This document shows positions 9,230 to 18,528 of a stretch of 64,000 nt of DNA, piece after piece. The notes under the pieces were generated by a model. The model had not been told where the DNA came from, did not search any database, and saw only the letters and a program-made list of their open reading frames with translations. Made by a program: the position numbers and the translations under genes. How positions within the stretch are numbered: the first letter of the stretch is position 1; each line of letters begins with the position of its first letter. The DNA comes from Myxococcota bacterium (lineage in GTDB: Bacteria; Myxococcota_A; Polyangia; Nannocystales; Nannocystaceae). The DNA is taken from positions 448,001-512,000 of the forward strand of contig JBCCHT010000002.1 of assembly GCA_039028615.1 (NCBI GenBank). The letters run 5' to 3'.

Positions 9230-10462
9230 GTGAGCCCTGCCCTGCATCGGTCCTGCCGAGCTCCGCTCGCCCGAGTCGGGCTGGTGCTCGCCGTCCTCGC
9301 CACGGGCTGCGGCGAAGAGCCGGTCGACAGCATCTACGACAGCGTGGAACAGCTCGGTGAGGCGCTGTTCTCCGACGCGAACCTCTCCGCCGACCGCACT
9401 CAGTCCTGCTCCACCTGCCACGACCCCGAGCGAGCCTTCACCGACGGACGACCCGATCCCGACGGCATGATCGCAGCGGTCTCGCTCGGCGACGACGGCG
9501 TCTCGTGGGGCGATCGCAACGCACCGACCGTCGCCTACGCCTCGTTTGCGCCCGAGTTTCACTTCGGCCGCCGCCCACGACCGATTCGCCACAACAACCA
9601 CCGGCTCTACGAGGGAGCCCTGGGCGGTCAGTTCTGGGATGGGCGCGAGACCGATCTCGAGGGTCAGGCCGGCGGCCCCCCGCTCAATGCCCTGGAGATG
9701 GGCATGCCCGACGAAGCGGCCGTGGTCGAGCGCCTCCGCGAGGACATCGAGTACGAGCGCGGCTTCATCGAGTTCTTCGGGGCGGACGTGTTCGCCACCG
9801 ACGAAGAGGCCTATGCCGCAATGACCGAGAGCCTCGCCGCGTTCGAGCGCACCGAGGTCTTCGCCCCCTTCGACTCGCGCTACGACCGTTCTCTGCGCGG
9901 CGAGATCGCCCTGACCTTCAAGGAGCTGACCGGCGAGTCGGTGTTCTTCTCGCAGTTCGCCAACTGCAGCGTCTGCCATGCGTTGCACCGCGATGGCGAC
10001 CCCATCAACCGCACGGCCGAGACCTTTACCGGCTACGAGTTCCACAACATCGGGGTCCCGGTGAACGAACAAGTCCGAGAGCGCAACGGGGTCGCAGGGC
10101 CCGATCTCGGCCTCGTGAACAACCCCGCGGCCACCGATGCCGAGCGCGGCAAGTTCAAGGTCCCCACGCTGCGCAACGTCGCGGTGACGGGCCCCTACAT
10201 GCACAACGGAGTGTTCCGCGACCTCGTCACGGTGGTCGAGTTCTACGATCGCTTCAACAACGCCGACGAGCGTCTCGTGAACCCAGAGACGGGTGAGCCG
10301 TGGCGTGAGCCCGAGGTCCCGGACACGGTGACCGACCTCCTCGAAGTCGGCGATCCGCTGACCGACCTCGAGGTCGAGTCCCTGGTGTGTTTTCTGCGGG
10401 CACTCACCGACGCTCGCTACGAGCACCTGATCGAGCCCAAGGGCATCGACTGCAGCCTCTAG
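9230..10462 (+). CDS. Di-heme cytochrome c peroxidase / MauG family lipoprotein
   Basis: Lipobox ATGC; CSTCH, CSVCH, RNAPT, QFWDGR, FKVPTLRNV, PYMHNG. Confidence 0.88.
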   Translation: MSPALHRSCRAPLARVGLVLAVLATGCGEEPVDSIYDSVEQLGEALFSDANLSADRTQSCSTCHDPERAFTDGRPDPDGMIAAVSLGDDGVSWGDRNAPTVAYASFAPEFHFGRRPRPIRHNNHRLYEGALGGQFWDGRETDLEGQAGGPPLNALEMGMPDEAAVVERLREDIEYERGFIEFFGADVFATDEEAYAAMTESLAAFERTEVFAPFDSRYDRSLRGEIALTFKELTGESVFFSQFANCSVCHALHRDGDPINRTAETFTGYEFHNIGVPVNEQVRERNGVAGPDLGLVNNPAATDAERGKFKVPTLRNVAVTGPYMHNGVFRDLVTVVEFYDRFNNADERLVNPETGEPWREPEVPDTVTDLLEVGDPLTDLEVESLVCFLRALTDARYEHLIEPKGIDCSL

Positions 10463-10469
10463 AGCCCTT

Positions 10470-11189
10470 CTATTCGTCGGCCACGGGCATCGACAACGCG
10501 ATGGCATCGCGGCCCCCCTGAGGCGGGGGCGGCAGGGTGATGCTGAGGATCGACTCGCTCACGCACTCGAGCAGATCGGGATCGAGCACCTCGTTGTTGC
10601 TCCCCGACCCCACCGTGTCGACCACGCCTCCGAGTTCGTCGTCACCGATGATGCTCAGATCGACCACGAGCATCCCAGCCAGGTCGGGCCGCGCTTCACG
10701 GGCCATCTGGATGCACTCGTGGGTCAGCGGCATGAGTTCCTCATCGAGCACCTCCTTGAGGTACCCGTGATTGCCGGTTCGATCGGTCAGTCCGCCTGTT
10801 GCCGGGCCTTCGGGGTCATCGTGCGTCTCTTCGCCGTCACCCGCCGGAGGCGAGCCGGTCGACCCGGGTGACTCGCCCGTCGACGAGGCCGGCGACGGCT
10901 GGTCTTCGGCCCTCCGCTGTCGCGCGTGCATGGAGTCGAGGATTCGCTTCCGTAGCGCATCGCGTTCGGCCCGAGCGCGAGCGCGTACTTTCTCATCGCG
11001 GACGAGCGCCACGGCCCGGTTCTTGTTCTGGCCCACCTCGTCCTGCGAGCGAGCTGGCGATGTCGGTTGGGTGGCCGCCGCCCGCTCGGTCGCGGAGGAC
11101 GACGGAGTGACCTCATCGTCCTGGGCCCACAGCCACCAGCCCACGACGATCGCGAGCAGGAGCACGAGCAACCCGATTGCCTTGCGCAT
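10470..11189 (-). CDS. Membrane-anchored hypothetical protein with AgmX/PglI (TonB-C)-like C-terminal domain
   Basis: N-terminal TM helix, low-complexity linker, C-terminal ECI...LAGMLVVDLSI...ECVSESILSITLPPP. Confidence 0.55.
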   Translation of the reverse strand: MRKAIGLLVLLLAIVVGWWLWAQDDEVTPSSSATERAAATQPTSPARSQDEVGQNKNRAVALVRDEKVRARARAERDALRKRILDSMHARQRRAEDQPSPASSTGESPGSTGSPPAGDGEETHDDPEGPATGGLTDRTGNHGYLKEVLDEELMPLTHECIQMAREARPDLAGMLVVDLSIIGDDELGGVVDTVGSGSNNEVLDPDLLECVSESILSITLPPPPQGGRDAIALSMPVADE

Positions 11190-11237
11190 CGGGGCCCATC
11201 CTAGCCCGGGCGAAGCCTCATCCGACGCGCGAACCGG

Positions 11238-12716
11238 CTATTTCGCGTCGCTGCGTCGCGTCCACCGTAGCCGGAGATCCCGCTCCGGTGGGAAAATCCC
11301 CAGGCCGCTACGGCCGCGCTGGAAGCCTGGTAGCGGCTCCGAGATGGGGTCGAAACGCAACTGGCCCAGCAACGAGACCACCATTGTCTTGATCTCGTTG
11401 ATCGCAAAGAAGCGACCGGGACAGGTGTGCTTGCCCGCGCCAAAGGGCGCGAAGGCGAACGCAGTCCGCTCGCCATCGACCTCGAAGCGCGCCCCTTTCA
11501 TGAATCGATCGATGACGAACTCCTCGGGCCGTTCGAAGACCTCCGGGTCGTAGTGGGTGAGTTGGGGTGCCAGACAGACTTGGTCACCCTCGCGGATCGA
11601 CCACGTACCCGAGCGGGTCTCGAGTTGGGTCGGCTCCACGGCCTTGCGCACGATGAGTGACCCCGCCCCCAACCGCAGCGCCTCTCGAGCAGCACTGTCG
11701 ATGAGATGAAGTCCGTCGAGCTGCCCCCGCGACAAGGGCTTGCCCGCCGCGTCACCCAGTTTCTCCTCGATCTCTCCCACGACGGCTGCCGTGGCCTCCT
11801 TGCTGGAGAGCACATGAGCGACCGTCCAGAAGATGGAAGGGATGGTGTTCGCGTGGGTAGCCCACAGTACCGCGACCTGCGTGCGACCTCGCTTGGAGGC
11901 CGGCAAGCCTCCGATGAGGCTCTGACGGTCTCGCATCCAGGCGCTGGGCTCGGCCCCGATCTCGGCAAACGTGTCGGCCAGCGAACGAAGCGCGCCACGG
12001 GCCTTTCGAGTGGTGACCCTGGGCAGCCCGGCCACCAGCATCGCGAACTTCTCATCGAAGTCCTGGAATTCTTGCGCCGCGCCCGACTCGAGGACCCCGT
12101 CGCCGAAGATCACCCGGGTTCCCGCCGCGAAGACCACGTCCCAGATCAGTCGGTACAGATCGAACTCGCCCGACGCCCCCTGGACCCGCGGGTCCTGCTC
12201 CAACAACCGCAGCACCTCGGCGCTCATGCCAGCGCTAATATCGGCGAGGTCGGGCCCCTTGAGGCGCCGCCGCGCCATGGAGTCGATCGTCTCGACGTCG
12301 AGGTCGTCGCGGATGCAGGGATAGTCGAATGCCCGCTCCATCACCTGGTCGGTAAAGGGCTCGAACTTGAGAGTCTCCGAGCGAAGCACCGAGAGGTAGG
12401 ACTGCGTGTCGCAGACAAACGTCATGCGCCGCCCGGCCACGTACAGCGTGAACACGTCTCCGTGCTCGCGCCGACACTCCTGCAGCAACGACAGCGCGTC
12501 GCGACCAAACGTCAACGCCGCCCCGAGGAAGGGCAACGAACCGGGGACCAGCGGCGGCTCACCGCGACGCTGCTGGCCGTTGACCCAGCGCATCCCTGCG
12601 GTATAGGCGACGGTCGCCGCCCCGGTGGCGGCCGCGAAGAGTTTGGCTCGGCGGTTCAGGACCGCATGGTCCCGTGAGCCCGCCGCAGACACAAGAGGGC
12701 TGGCCCGATCCCGCAC
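11238..12716 (-). CDS. Cytochrome P450, CYP7/CYP8-like; start uncertain
   Basis: Heme motif FGAGKHTCPG; EALR (ExxR); I-helix LWATHANTIP; GEPPLVPGSLPFLG hinge. Confidence 0.9.
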   Translation of the reverse strand: MRDRASPLVSAAGSRDHAVLNRRAKLFAAATGAATVAYTAGMRWVNGQQRRGEPPLVPGSLPFLGAALTFGRDALSLLQECRREHGDVFTLYVAGRRMTFVCDTQSYLSVLRSETLKFEPFTDQVMERAFDYPCIRDDLDVETIDSMARRRLKGPDLADISAGMSAEVLRLLEQDPRVQGASGEFDLYRLIWDVVFAAGTRVIFGDGVLESGAAQEFQDFDEKFAMLVAGLPRVTTRKARGALRSLADTFAEIGAEPSAWMRDRQSLIGGLPASKRGRTQVAVLWATHANTIPSIFWTVAHVLSSKEATAAVVGEIEEKLGDAAGKPLSRGQLDGLHLIDSAAREALRLGAGSLIVRKAVEPTQLETRSGTWSIREGDQVCLAPQLTHYDPEVFERPEEFVIDRFMKGARFEVDGERTAFAFAPFGAGKHTCPGRFFAINEIKTMVVSLLGQLRFDPISEPLPGFQRGRSGLGIFPPERDLRLRWTRRSDAK

Positions 12717-12751
12717 GCGACGGGCGGTCGCGGGTCACGCTCGGCGGCCGC

Positions 12752-13396
12752 TCAGTCGCCCTCGCGGTAGAGCTTCTCCGCGTACGCGGAGCCGTAGTAG
12801 GCCTCCAGCTCTTCCAGCGACTGCGTGGTCGGTTCCATGGCTTTGACCACCTGCGCCCGACTCGGCATCGCTTCGGGCCGCCAGCCCTCCGGCTTCCACA
12901 GCTCGGAGCGCATGAACGCCTTGGAGCAATGAAAGAACAGCTGCTCGATCTCGACGACGAGCGCGAGCTTGGGGCGATGGCCGCCGACCTGCATGGCATC
13001 GAAAAAGGGCGCGTCGCGGACGATGCGAGCGCGGCCGTTGATCCTCAGGCTGTCGGTGCGCCCGGGGATGAGGAAGATGAGACCCACATGGGGATTGGCG
13101 AGGATGTTGTGAAACCCATCCGCGCGGCGATTCCCCGGGCGCTCGGGGATCGCCAACGTGTGGTCGTCGATGACGTGGACGAACCCCGCGGGATCACCTT
13201 TGGGCGAGACGTCACACCGCCCCTCGGCATCGGAGGTCGCGACCAGGATGAAGGGCGACGTGGCGATCCACGCGCGGTCCATCTCGTGCAGCACCCGACG
13301 GTCCTTGTTGGCCGCTCGTTCCGAGGCCGGACCCAGGATCTCGCGGAGTTCTTCTGGGCTGCGGACCTCTGCGGTCTCGACGGATGCCTCCGACAT
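12752..13396 (-). CDS. PNPOx-family FMN-binding split-barrel protein (MSMEG_1061-like)
   Basis: CDVSPKGDPAGFV, IPERPGNRRADG, LRINGRA, FFHCSKAFMRSELW. Confidence 0.85.
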   Translation of the reverse strand: MSEASVETAEVRSPEELREILGPASERAANKDRRVLHEMDRAWIATSPFILVATSDAEGRCDVSPKGDPAGFVHVIDDHTLAIPERPGNRRADGFHNILANPHVGLIFLIPGRTDSLRINGRARIVRDAPFFDAMQVGGHRPKLALVVEIEQLFFHCSKAFMRSELWKPEGWRPEAMPSRAQVVKAMEPTTQSLEELEAYYGSAYAEKLYREGD

Positions 13397-13437
13397 GTCG
13401 GCAGCATAGGGGCTGCCGACCGAGGGTGCACGAACGA

Positions 13438-14010
13438 TCAACCGGCGGCGCGAAGCGGCGACCCAGCCCGGCGGGCGGCGACCCAGCGGGCGAACTCCGC
13501 CACCATGCGCTGCAATCGATCGCGGGTGGGCTCGTCGGTCAGCGTCATGGCGTCGTCGACCTTGCGGTGAGACTCACCGATCAGCAGCTCGGGATACGGA
13601 AACACGTCGGAGACCGTGCCGCCGAGGACCTGCTTGAGCTGCCCCACCGCCCGCGCGCCGCCGACGAAACCGCCCGCGACACCGATCACCGCCACCGGGC
13701 GGCCGGCGAGTACCGATCGATACGCAGGGCGCGACGCCCAATCCAGCGCGTTCTTCAGCGCCCCGGGTATGCCGTAGTTGTACTCCGGCGTCGCGATGAT
13801 GAGCCCGTCCGCCTCGGCGATGGCGGCCTTGAACTCCACGACGGCCGCCGGCCCTCCCTCGACGTCGATGTCGGCGTTGTACAGCGGCAATTCGGCGATC
13901 GAAAGCGGCTGCAGCTGCACGCCCTCGGGCGCGAGCTGCCCCGCCGCTTCGAGGGCGGCCTTGCTGACCGAACGCGCGCGCAGACTCCCTGCAATGGAGC
14001 GAATCTTCAT
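13438..14010 (-). CDS. NAD(P)H-dependent FMN reductase (ChrR/SsuE family)
   Basis: GSLRARS, TPEYNYGIPGALKNALDWASRP. Confidence 0.9.
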   Translation of the reverse strand: MKIRSIAGSLRARSVSKAALEAAGQLAPEGVQLQPLSIAELPLYNADIDVEGGPAAVVEFKAAIAEADGLIIATPEYNYGIPGALKNALDWASRPAYRSVLAGRPVAVIGVAGGFVGGARAVGQLKQVLGGTVSDVFPYPELLIGESHRKVDDAMTLTDEPTRDRLQRMVAEFARWVAARRAGSPLRAAG

Positions 14011-14022
14011 GCTCAGTCTCCT

Positions 14023-14850
14023 TCAGGCGAGCTCGAACACCAGCAGCTCGGTGTCGGTGTCGGCGTGGATGGACAGTTCGTCGGCGAGGCCCGCATCGAG
14101 TGACGCGCCATCGCCCTCGTGCAGCTGCACTCCGCCCACGTTCGCTCGGCCGCGGACCATCTGCACCCAGACGTAGCGATCGGGAGGCACGGGGTGGGTC
14201 ACCGTCGTGCCCGCCGAAAGCTCGGTGGCGTACAGCGACAGGTCCTGGTGCACGGTGACCGAGCCCTCGCGGCCGTCTCGAGACGCGACCAGCCGCAGCG
14301 CACCACGACGCTCCTCGGTGAAGTCACGCTGCTCGTAGCTGGGCTCGATGCCTCGCTCGTCGGGCACGATCCAGATCTGCAGGAACCGAACGCCCGCGGT
14401 CTTCGAGCCGTTGTACTCGCTGTGGGTCACCCCCGTGCCCGCGCTCATGCGCTGGACCTCGCCGGGGCGAATCACCGAGCCGTTACCCATGCTGTCGCGG
14501 TGCTCGAGCGAGCCATCGACGACGTAGCTGATGATGTCCATGTCGCGATGAGGGTGCGTGGGAAAGCCCGCCCCTCCGATCACGCGGTCGTCGTTGATCA
14601 CCCGCAGGGCGCGAAAGCCCATGTGCTCCGGGTCGTAGTAGTGGGCGAACGAGAAGGTGTGACGGGTGTCGAGCCAACCGTGGTCGGCGTGGCCGCGATC
14701 GGCCGCTCGGCGCACGGTGAGGAAGGACGACAACGACTGCTCGGCGGCATTGCTCATGGCGGTACTCCTGGCCCGAGCGCCCCCGACGGTTGCGGAGACC
14801 GCGACCGCGCCGGTCACGGCCAAGAATGCTCTTCGGTTGCGCTCTGGCAT
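14023..14850 (-). CDS. Pirin family protein (YhhW-like) with possible Tat signal
   Basis: RGHADHGWLDTRHTFSF, GFPTHPHRDM, HRDSMGN, MSAGTGVTHSE, FLQIWI. Confidence 0.9.
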   Translation of the reverse strand: MPERNRRAFLAVTGAVAVSATVGGARARSTAMSNAAEQSLSSFLTVRRAADRGHADHGWLDTRHTFSFAHYYDPEHMGFRALRVINDDRVIGGAGFPTHPHRDMDIISYVVDGSLEHRDSMGNGSVIRPGEVQRMSAGTGVTHSEYNGSKTAGVRFLQIWIVPDERGIEPSYEQRDFTEERRGALRLVASRDGREGSVTVHQDLSLYATELSAGTTVTHPVPPDRYVWVQMVRGRANVGGVQLHEGDGASLDAGLADELSIHADTDTELLVFELA

Positions 14851-14903
14851 GCCCACAGCGTGCATCCGAGTCAGAACGCGAACAATATCCCAGAATCGAA
14901 CTC

Positions 14904-14925
14904 ATTGTTCGTATCATCGAACAAT
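14904..14925. promoter_or_regulatory. Perfect inverted repeat, probable LysR operator
   Basis: ATTGTTCG-TATCAT-CGAACAAT between divergent pirin and LysR genes; extra CGAACAAT half-site near 14879-14886. Confidence 0.7.
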
Positions 14926-15814
14926 GGATCTCGAGGCCCTGCGTACCTTCGTGGTCGTCGTGGAGCACGGCAGTTTCACTCGGGCGGCCGCGAACCTCGG
15001 GGTCGCCAAGTCGACGGTCAGCCAGCGAGTGCGTGACCTCGAGGCGTCGCTGGGGGTGCCCCTGCTGCAACGCAGCACTCGCCGGATGAGCCTCACCACC
15101 GCGGGACAGGAGCTGTTCACGCGCGGTCACGAGATCGTCGGGGCGGCCAGCGAAGCGCAACTCGCCGTTGCCCAGCTGAGCGCCGAGGCCGTGGGCACGC
15201 TCCGCGTCAGCGTGCCCGTGTCCTTCGGCCAGCGCTACCTGGGTCGGCTCGTGGCAGAGCTGCTCGTCGAGCACCCGCGCCTGGAAGTGGTGCTCGACCT
15301 GGCCGACCGCGCGGTGAACCTGATCGAGGATCGCTACGACGTGGCGCTGCGCGTGGGCGGAGTGACCGAGCCCAACCTGATCGCCCAGCGGGTCGGGATG
15401 ACGCGTCACCGGGTGGTGGCCGCTCCCGCCTACGTCGAGCGTCGCGGCGAGCCCGACTCCCCCGAGCAGCTTCGAGACCACGAGTGCTTGCTCTTCGCCC
15501 ACCAGCGCGAGCCCGACACCTGGCGGTTCGAGGACCCCCAGGGCTCGCGCACGGTGAAGGTGTCGGGTCGGCTTCGCGCCAACCACGGGGACGTGCTCGC
15601 GGACGCAGCCATGGCCGGCCTCGGCGTGGCGTGGCTGCCCGATTTCATCGTTCAGCCGGCCATCGATCGCGGCGACCTGCAGGTCCTGCTCGATGCGCAC
15701 TGCGTCAGCCCGAGCCCCATCCACATCGTCTCGGTGGAGCGAAGGCTACGCCCGCTGAAGGCCCGGCTATTCATCGATGCCGTACGCACTCGACTGAGCG
15801 CGGACTTCGGGTGA
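14924..15814 (+). CDS. LysR-family regulator (CrgA-like)
   Basis: HTH GSFTRAAANLGVAKSTVSQRV; LLQRSTRRMSLT; GTLRVSVP. Confidence 0.93.
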   Translation: MDLEALRTFVVVVEHGSFTRAAANLGVAKSTVSQRVRDLEASLGVPLLQRSTRRMSLTTAGQELFTRGHEIVGAASEAQLAVAQLSAEAVGTLRVSVPVSFGQRYLGRLVAELLVEHPRLEVVLDLADRAVNLIEDRYDVALRVGGVTEPNLIAQRVGMTRHRVVAAPAYVERRGEPDSPEQLRDHECLLFAHQREPDTWRFEDPQGSRTVKVSGRLRANHGDVLADAAMAGLGVAWLPDFIVQPAIDRGDLQVLLDAHCVSPSPIHIVSVERRLRPLKARLFIDAVRTRLSADFG

Positions 15815-15840
15815 TCGCCGCGCCGCACGAGGCCCCTGCG

Positions 15841-16815
15841 TCAGGACGACTCGGCTCGTCCCGCCAGTCGCTGCCGCCGATACGCCCCGGGAGAGACGCC
15901 GAAGTAGCGCTTGAACGCCCGGCTGAAGGAAGACTCGGTGTCGTAGCCGACCTTGCTGCCGATCTGAGCCAAGCTCGAGTGTCCGTCGCCGTCGAGAGCA
16001 TTGGCCGCCAGGTGCATGCGCAGCTGCGTGAGGTACTTCAGCGGTGGCGAGCCCACCAGGGACTGAAACCGCGCCGAGAAACTCGAGCGAGACATGCCCG
16101 CCGCCTTCCCCAGGCTCTCCACCGTCCATGGATCCGACGGGTACCGATGGATGAGCTTGAGCGCGTGCCGAATGGAGCCATCGCGCAGCGCCCCCAGCCA
16201 CCCGATCTCGCCGGAGGGTTGCTCTTCCAGCCATGCACGAATGATCTGCACGAAGAGCACGTCGACCAGCCGCGCGACCATCATGTCCGAGCCGTCGTGC
16301 AGCGCATGCGTCTCGTGGCTGATGAAGCGGAGCGTCGTGTCGAGCCACGGTAGCGCGCTGCGCTGCTCGTAGGTGATGTGAATGTGGGGCGGCAGCAACG
16401 AGAGCAAGGGGTGGTGCTCGTGGCTCTCGAACCGCAGCCCCCACCCTCGAATCACCGTCTGGCGACCGCCGCCGCCGTACTCGATGGTGGGATACGCGTC
16501 TCGATCCACCGAGCGCTCGTCATGCTCGAGCACCGTGCACTCCTCGAGCACCTGGGTGTACGGCACGGTCGGCGTCGAACGATCGTCGGCAATCCACGTA
16601 GGGCACCCGGGGGACGCCATGACGATGTCGCCCGTCCCCAACGAGATTTCCTCCCGTCCTTCGAACCACATCGAGCAGCTGCCCTTCTCGACCGTCATGA
16701 ACGAGAACTGCGTCGGCGCGGGGTAGGCGATGCCCCAGGGCGCCGAGAATTCGGATCGCCGCGTCAGCGTTCCTTCGACTCGCAGCCAGCTCAGCACATC
16801 GGACAAGACATCCAT
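15841..16815 (-). CDS. AraC-family regulator with Cupin_6 N-terminus (RclR-like)
   Basis: MDVLSDVL...APWGI; C-terminal WTVESLGKAAGMSRSSF...VGYDTESSFSRAFKR. Confidence 0.9.
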   Translation of the reverse strand: MDVLSDVLSWLRVEGTLTRRSEFSAPWGIAYPAPTQFSFMTVEKGSCSMWFEGREEISLGTGDIVMASPGCPTWIADDRSTPTVPYTQVLEECTVLEHDERSVDRDAYPTIEYGGGGRQTVIRGWGLRFESHEHHPLLSLLPPHIHITYEQRSALPWLDTTLRFISHETHALHDGSDMMVARLVDVLFVQIIRAWLEEQPSGEIGWLGALRDGSIRHALKLIHRYPSDPWTVESLGKAAGMSRSSFSARFQSLVGSPPLKYLTQLRMHLAANALDGDGHSSLAQIGSKVGYDTESSFSRAFKRYFGVSPGAYRRQRLAGRAESS

Positions 16816-16857
16816 CGCGTCGTTTTCCTTCGGATCCCGAACCTACCGTTTGTCTTC

Positions 16858-16900
16858 CAAACATATCTCAAATTGGACGAATTGAATCAAACATAGGATT
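16858..16900 (+). promoter_or_regulatory. AT-rich divergent promoter region with possible AraC-type direct repeats
   Basis: CAAACATA at 16858 and 16888; TTGGAC/TAGGAT 21 bp apart (16873, 16894). Confidence 0.35.
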
Positions 16901-16961
16901 TTTCGGCATATTCATCCAGCACTCTCAGATCATAACTTCAGCGACGACCGAAAGGAAACCA

Positions 16962-18035
16962 ATGAAGGGCAAAGTCCACGCCGCGGCCGGAGTTCTCGGA
17001 TTTCTCCTCATCACCGCGTTCTTGACGTCGACCACGCTATCCACGCTGTTCGGCAGTCCCGAGACCCTCGCCACCGTCAAAGGCCTCATCTTCTGGGGCA
17101 CGTTGGCCCTCATCCCCACCCTGGCGGGAGCCGGTGCCTCCGGCATGTCGATGCTGGGCAAGCGCACCGAGCCGCTGGCCCTGACCAAGCAAAAGCGCGG
17201 CCCGATCGCGTTCATGACCACCTTGTTCGTGCTGGCGCCGAGCTCGTACTTCCTGTCGTCCTGGGCGGACGAAGGGTCGTTCGGCGGGCTCTACTACGGC
17301 GTCGAGGCGCTGGTACTGGCGGCGAGCACCCTGTGCGCGGTGATGATCGGCTTGAACATCCGTGATGGCTTGGCGCTGCGCGGGAGGATCGGCGCCGGGC
17401 AGGGCGACAGTCCCACCATCGAGCCACGCGACGGCGGGCCCCTGGTCGCGATTCGCATTCCCCGACTCGCCAGCGGCGGCAACAAGGAGCTGCCCAACAA
17501 GCCGGTGATGGCCTTGTGTCGCTGTGGCCATTCGAAGACCAAGCCCTACTGCGACGGCACCCACAACGAGATCGGCTTCGACAGCCGCCCCTCGGAAGAC
17601 CGCAGCAAGGACCAGATTCTCGTCTACGAGGGCGAGGAGGTCACCATCCACTACAACCGCTTGCTCTGCTCGCACGCGGCCGAGTGTGGCAAGCGGCAGA
17701 AGGCCGCCTTCGACTCCTCGCGCAAGCCGTGGATCATCCCCGACAACGCACCCAAGCAGGGGCTGCTGGACGTGGTGAAGGCATGCCCCTCGGGCGCGCT
17801 CCGCTTCAGCCTGCCCGGCGAAGATCCGCAGCACGCGGTACCGGACGTGAACGGCATTCGAGTGGAGCGAGATGGTCCCTATCGCGTGACGGGGATTCCG
17901 CTCGCGTCGGCCCGGCTCGCCAAGGGAGCGAACCCGGGCAAGTACGTGCTGTGTCGATGTGGCGCGTCGAAGAACAAGCCCTACTGCGACGGCTCCCACT
18001 ACGACATCGGCTGGAAGGACTCGGCCGCGTCCTGA
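16962..18035 (+). CDS. Four-TM membrane domain fused to CDGSH / divergent 4Fe-4S / CDGSH domains
   Basis: Hydrophobic N-terminal ~140 aa; LCRCGHSKTKPYCDGTH; CSHAAEC...CPSGAL; LCRCGASKNKPYCDGSH. Confidence 0.88.
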   Translation: MKGKVHAAAGVLGFLLITAFLTSTTLSTLFGSPETLATVKGLIFWGTLALIPTLAGAGASGMSMLGKRTEPLALTKQKRGPIAFMTTLFVLAPSSYFLSSWADEGSFGGLYYGVEALVLAASTLCAVMIGLNIRDGLALRGRIGAGQGDSPTIEPRDGGPLVAIRIPRLASGGNKELPNKPVMALCRCGHSKTKPYCDGTHNEIGFDSRPSEDRSKDQILVYEGEEVTIHYNRLLCSHAAECGKRQKAAFDSSRKPWIIPDNAPKQGLLDVVKACPSGALRFSLPGEDPQHAVPDVNGIRVERDGPYRVTGIPLASARLAKGANPGKYVLCRCGASKNKPYCDGSHYDIGWKDSAAS

Positions 18036-18042
18036 ACGAGGC

Positions 18043-18417
18043 TCACGAGTGCTCGACGACTCGGCACTCGTGCGCAGCGTACAGCTCGGTGGACTCGACC
18101 CAGATCGCGAGCTCCCAGTCGACCCCGACGCTGCGAAACAGCTCCCCCACGACGCCCTGCACGACGGGGGGAGCCCCCAGAAGGTCCGGTGCCCAGACTT
18201 CGTCTCGGGCCCGGAACTTCACCCGCGGCACGGGCAGAAGCGACATGTCGACCTCGGGGTAGTGGGGCCTCGTGGCGAGGCACTCGAGGGCTCGAGTGAC
18301 GCGCTCGAGGGTCGGCGGGTCGAGCTGCCCCCGCACGATGGCCGACGGCGCTTCCTCCCGACCGTTGCCCGACAACGCGCGGCTTCGACGGCATGGCCAA
18401 AAATAATTCCTCGTCAT
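18043..18417 (-). CDS. Hypothetical protein
   Basis: Fills the gap with protein-like composition; no recognisable motif. Confidence 0.3.
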   Translation of the reverse strand: MTRNYFWPCRRSRALSGNGREEAPSAIVRGQLDPPTLERVTRALECLATRPHYPEVDMSLLPVPRVKFRARDEVWAPDLLGAPPVVQGVVGELFRSVGVDWELAIWVESTELYAAHECRVVEHS

Positions 18418-18528
18418 TGATCGATTCGCGGTCGACCACGCCCCTGCGGTTCATGCGGGCTGCGGCCCGAGTGGGTGAACGCGATGACGACGACGATCGG
18501 AGACACCAGCACCGTGCCGCGTGGGCGA

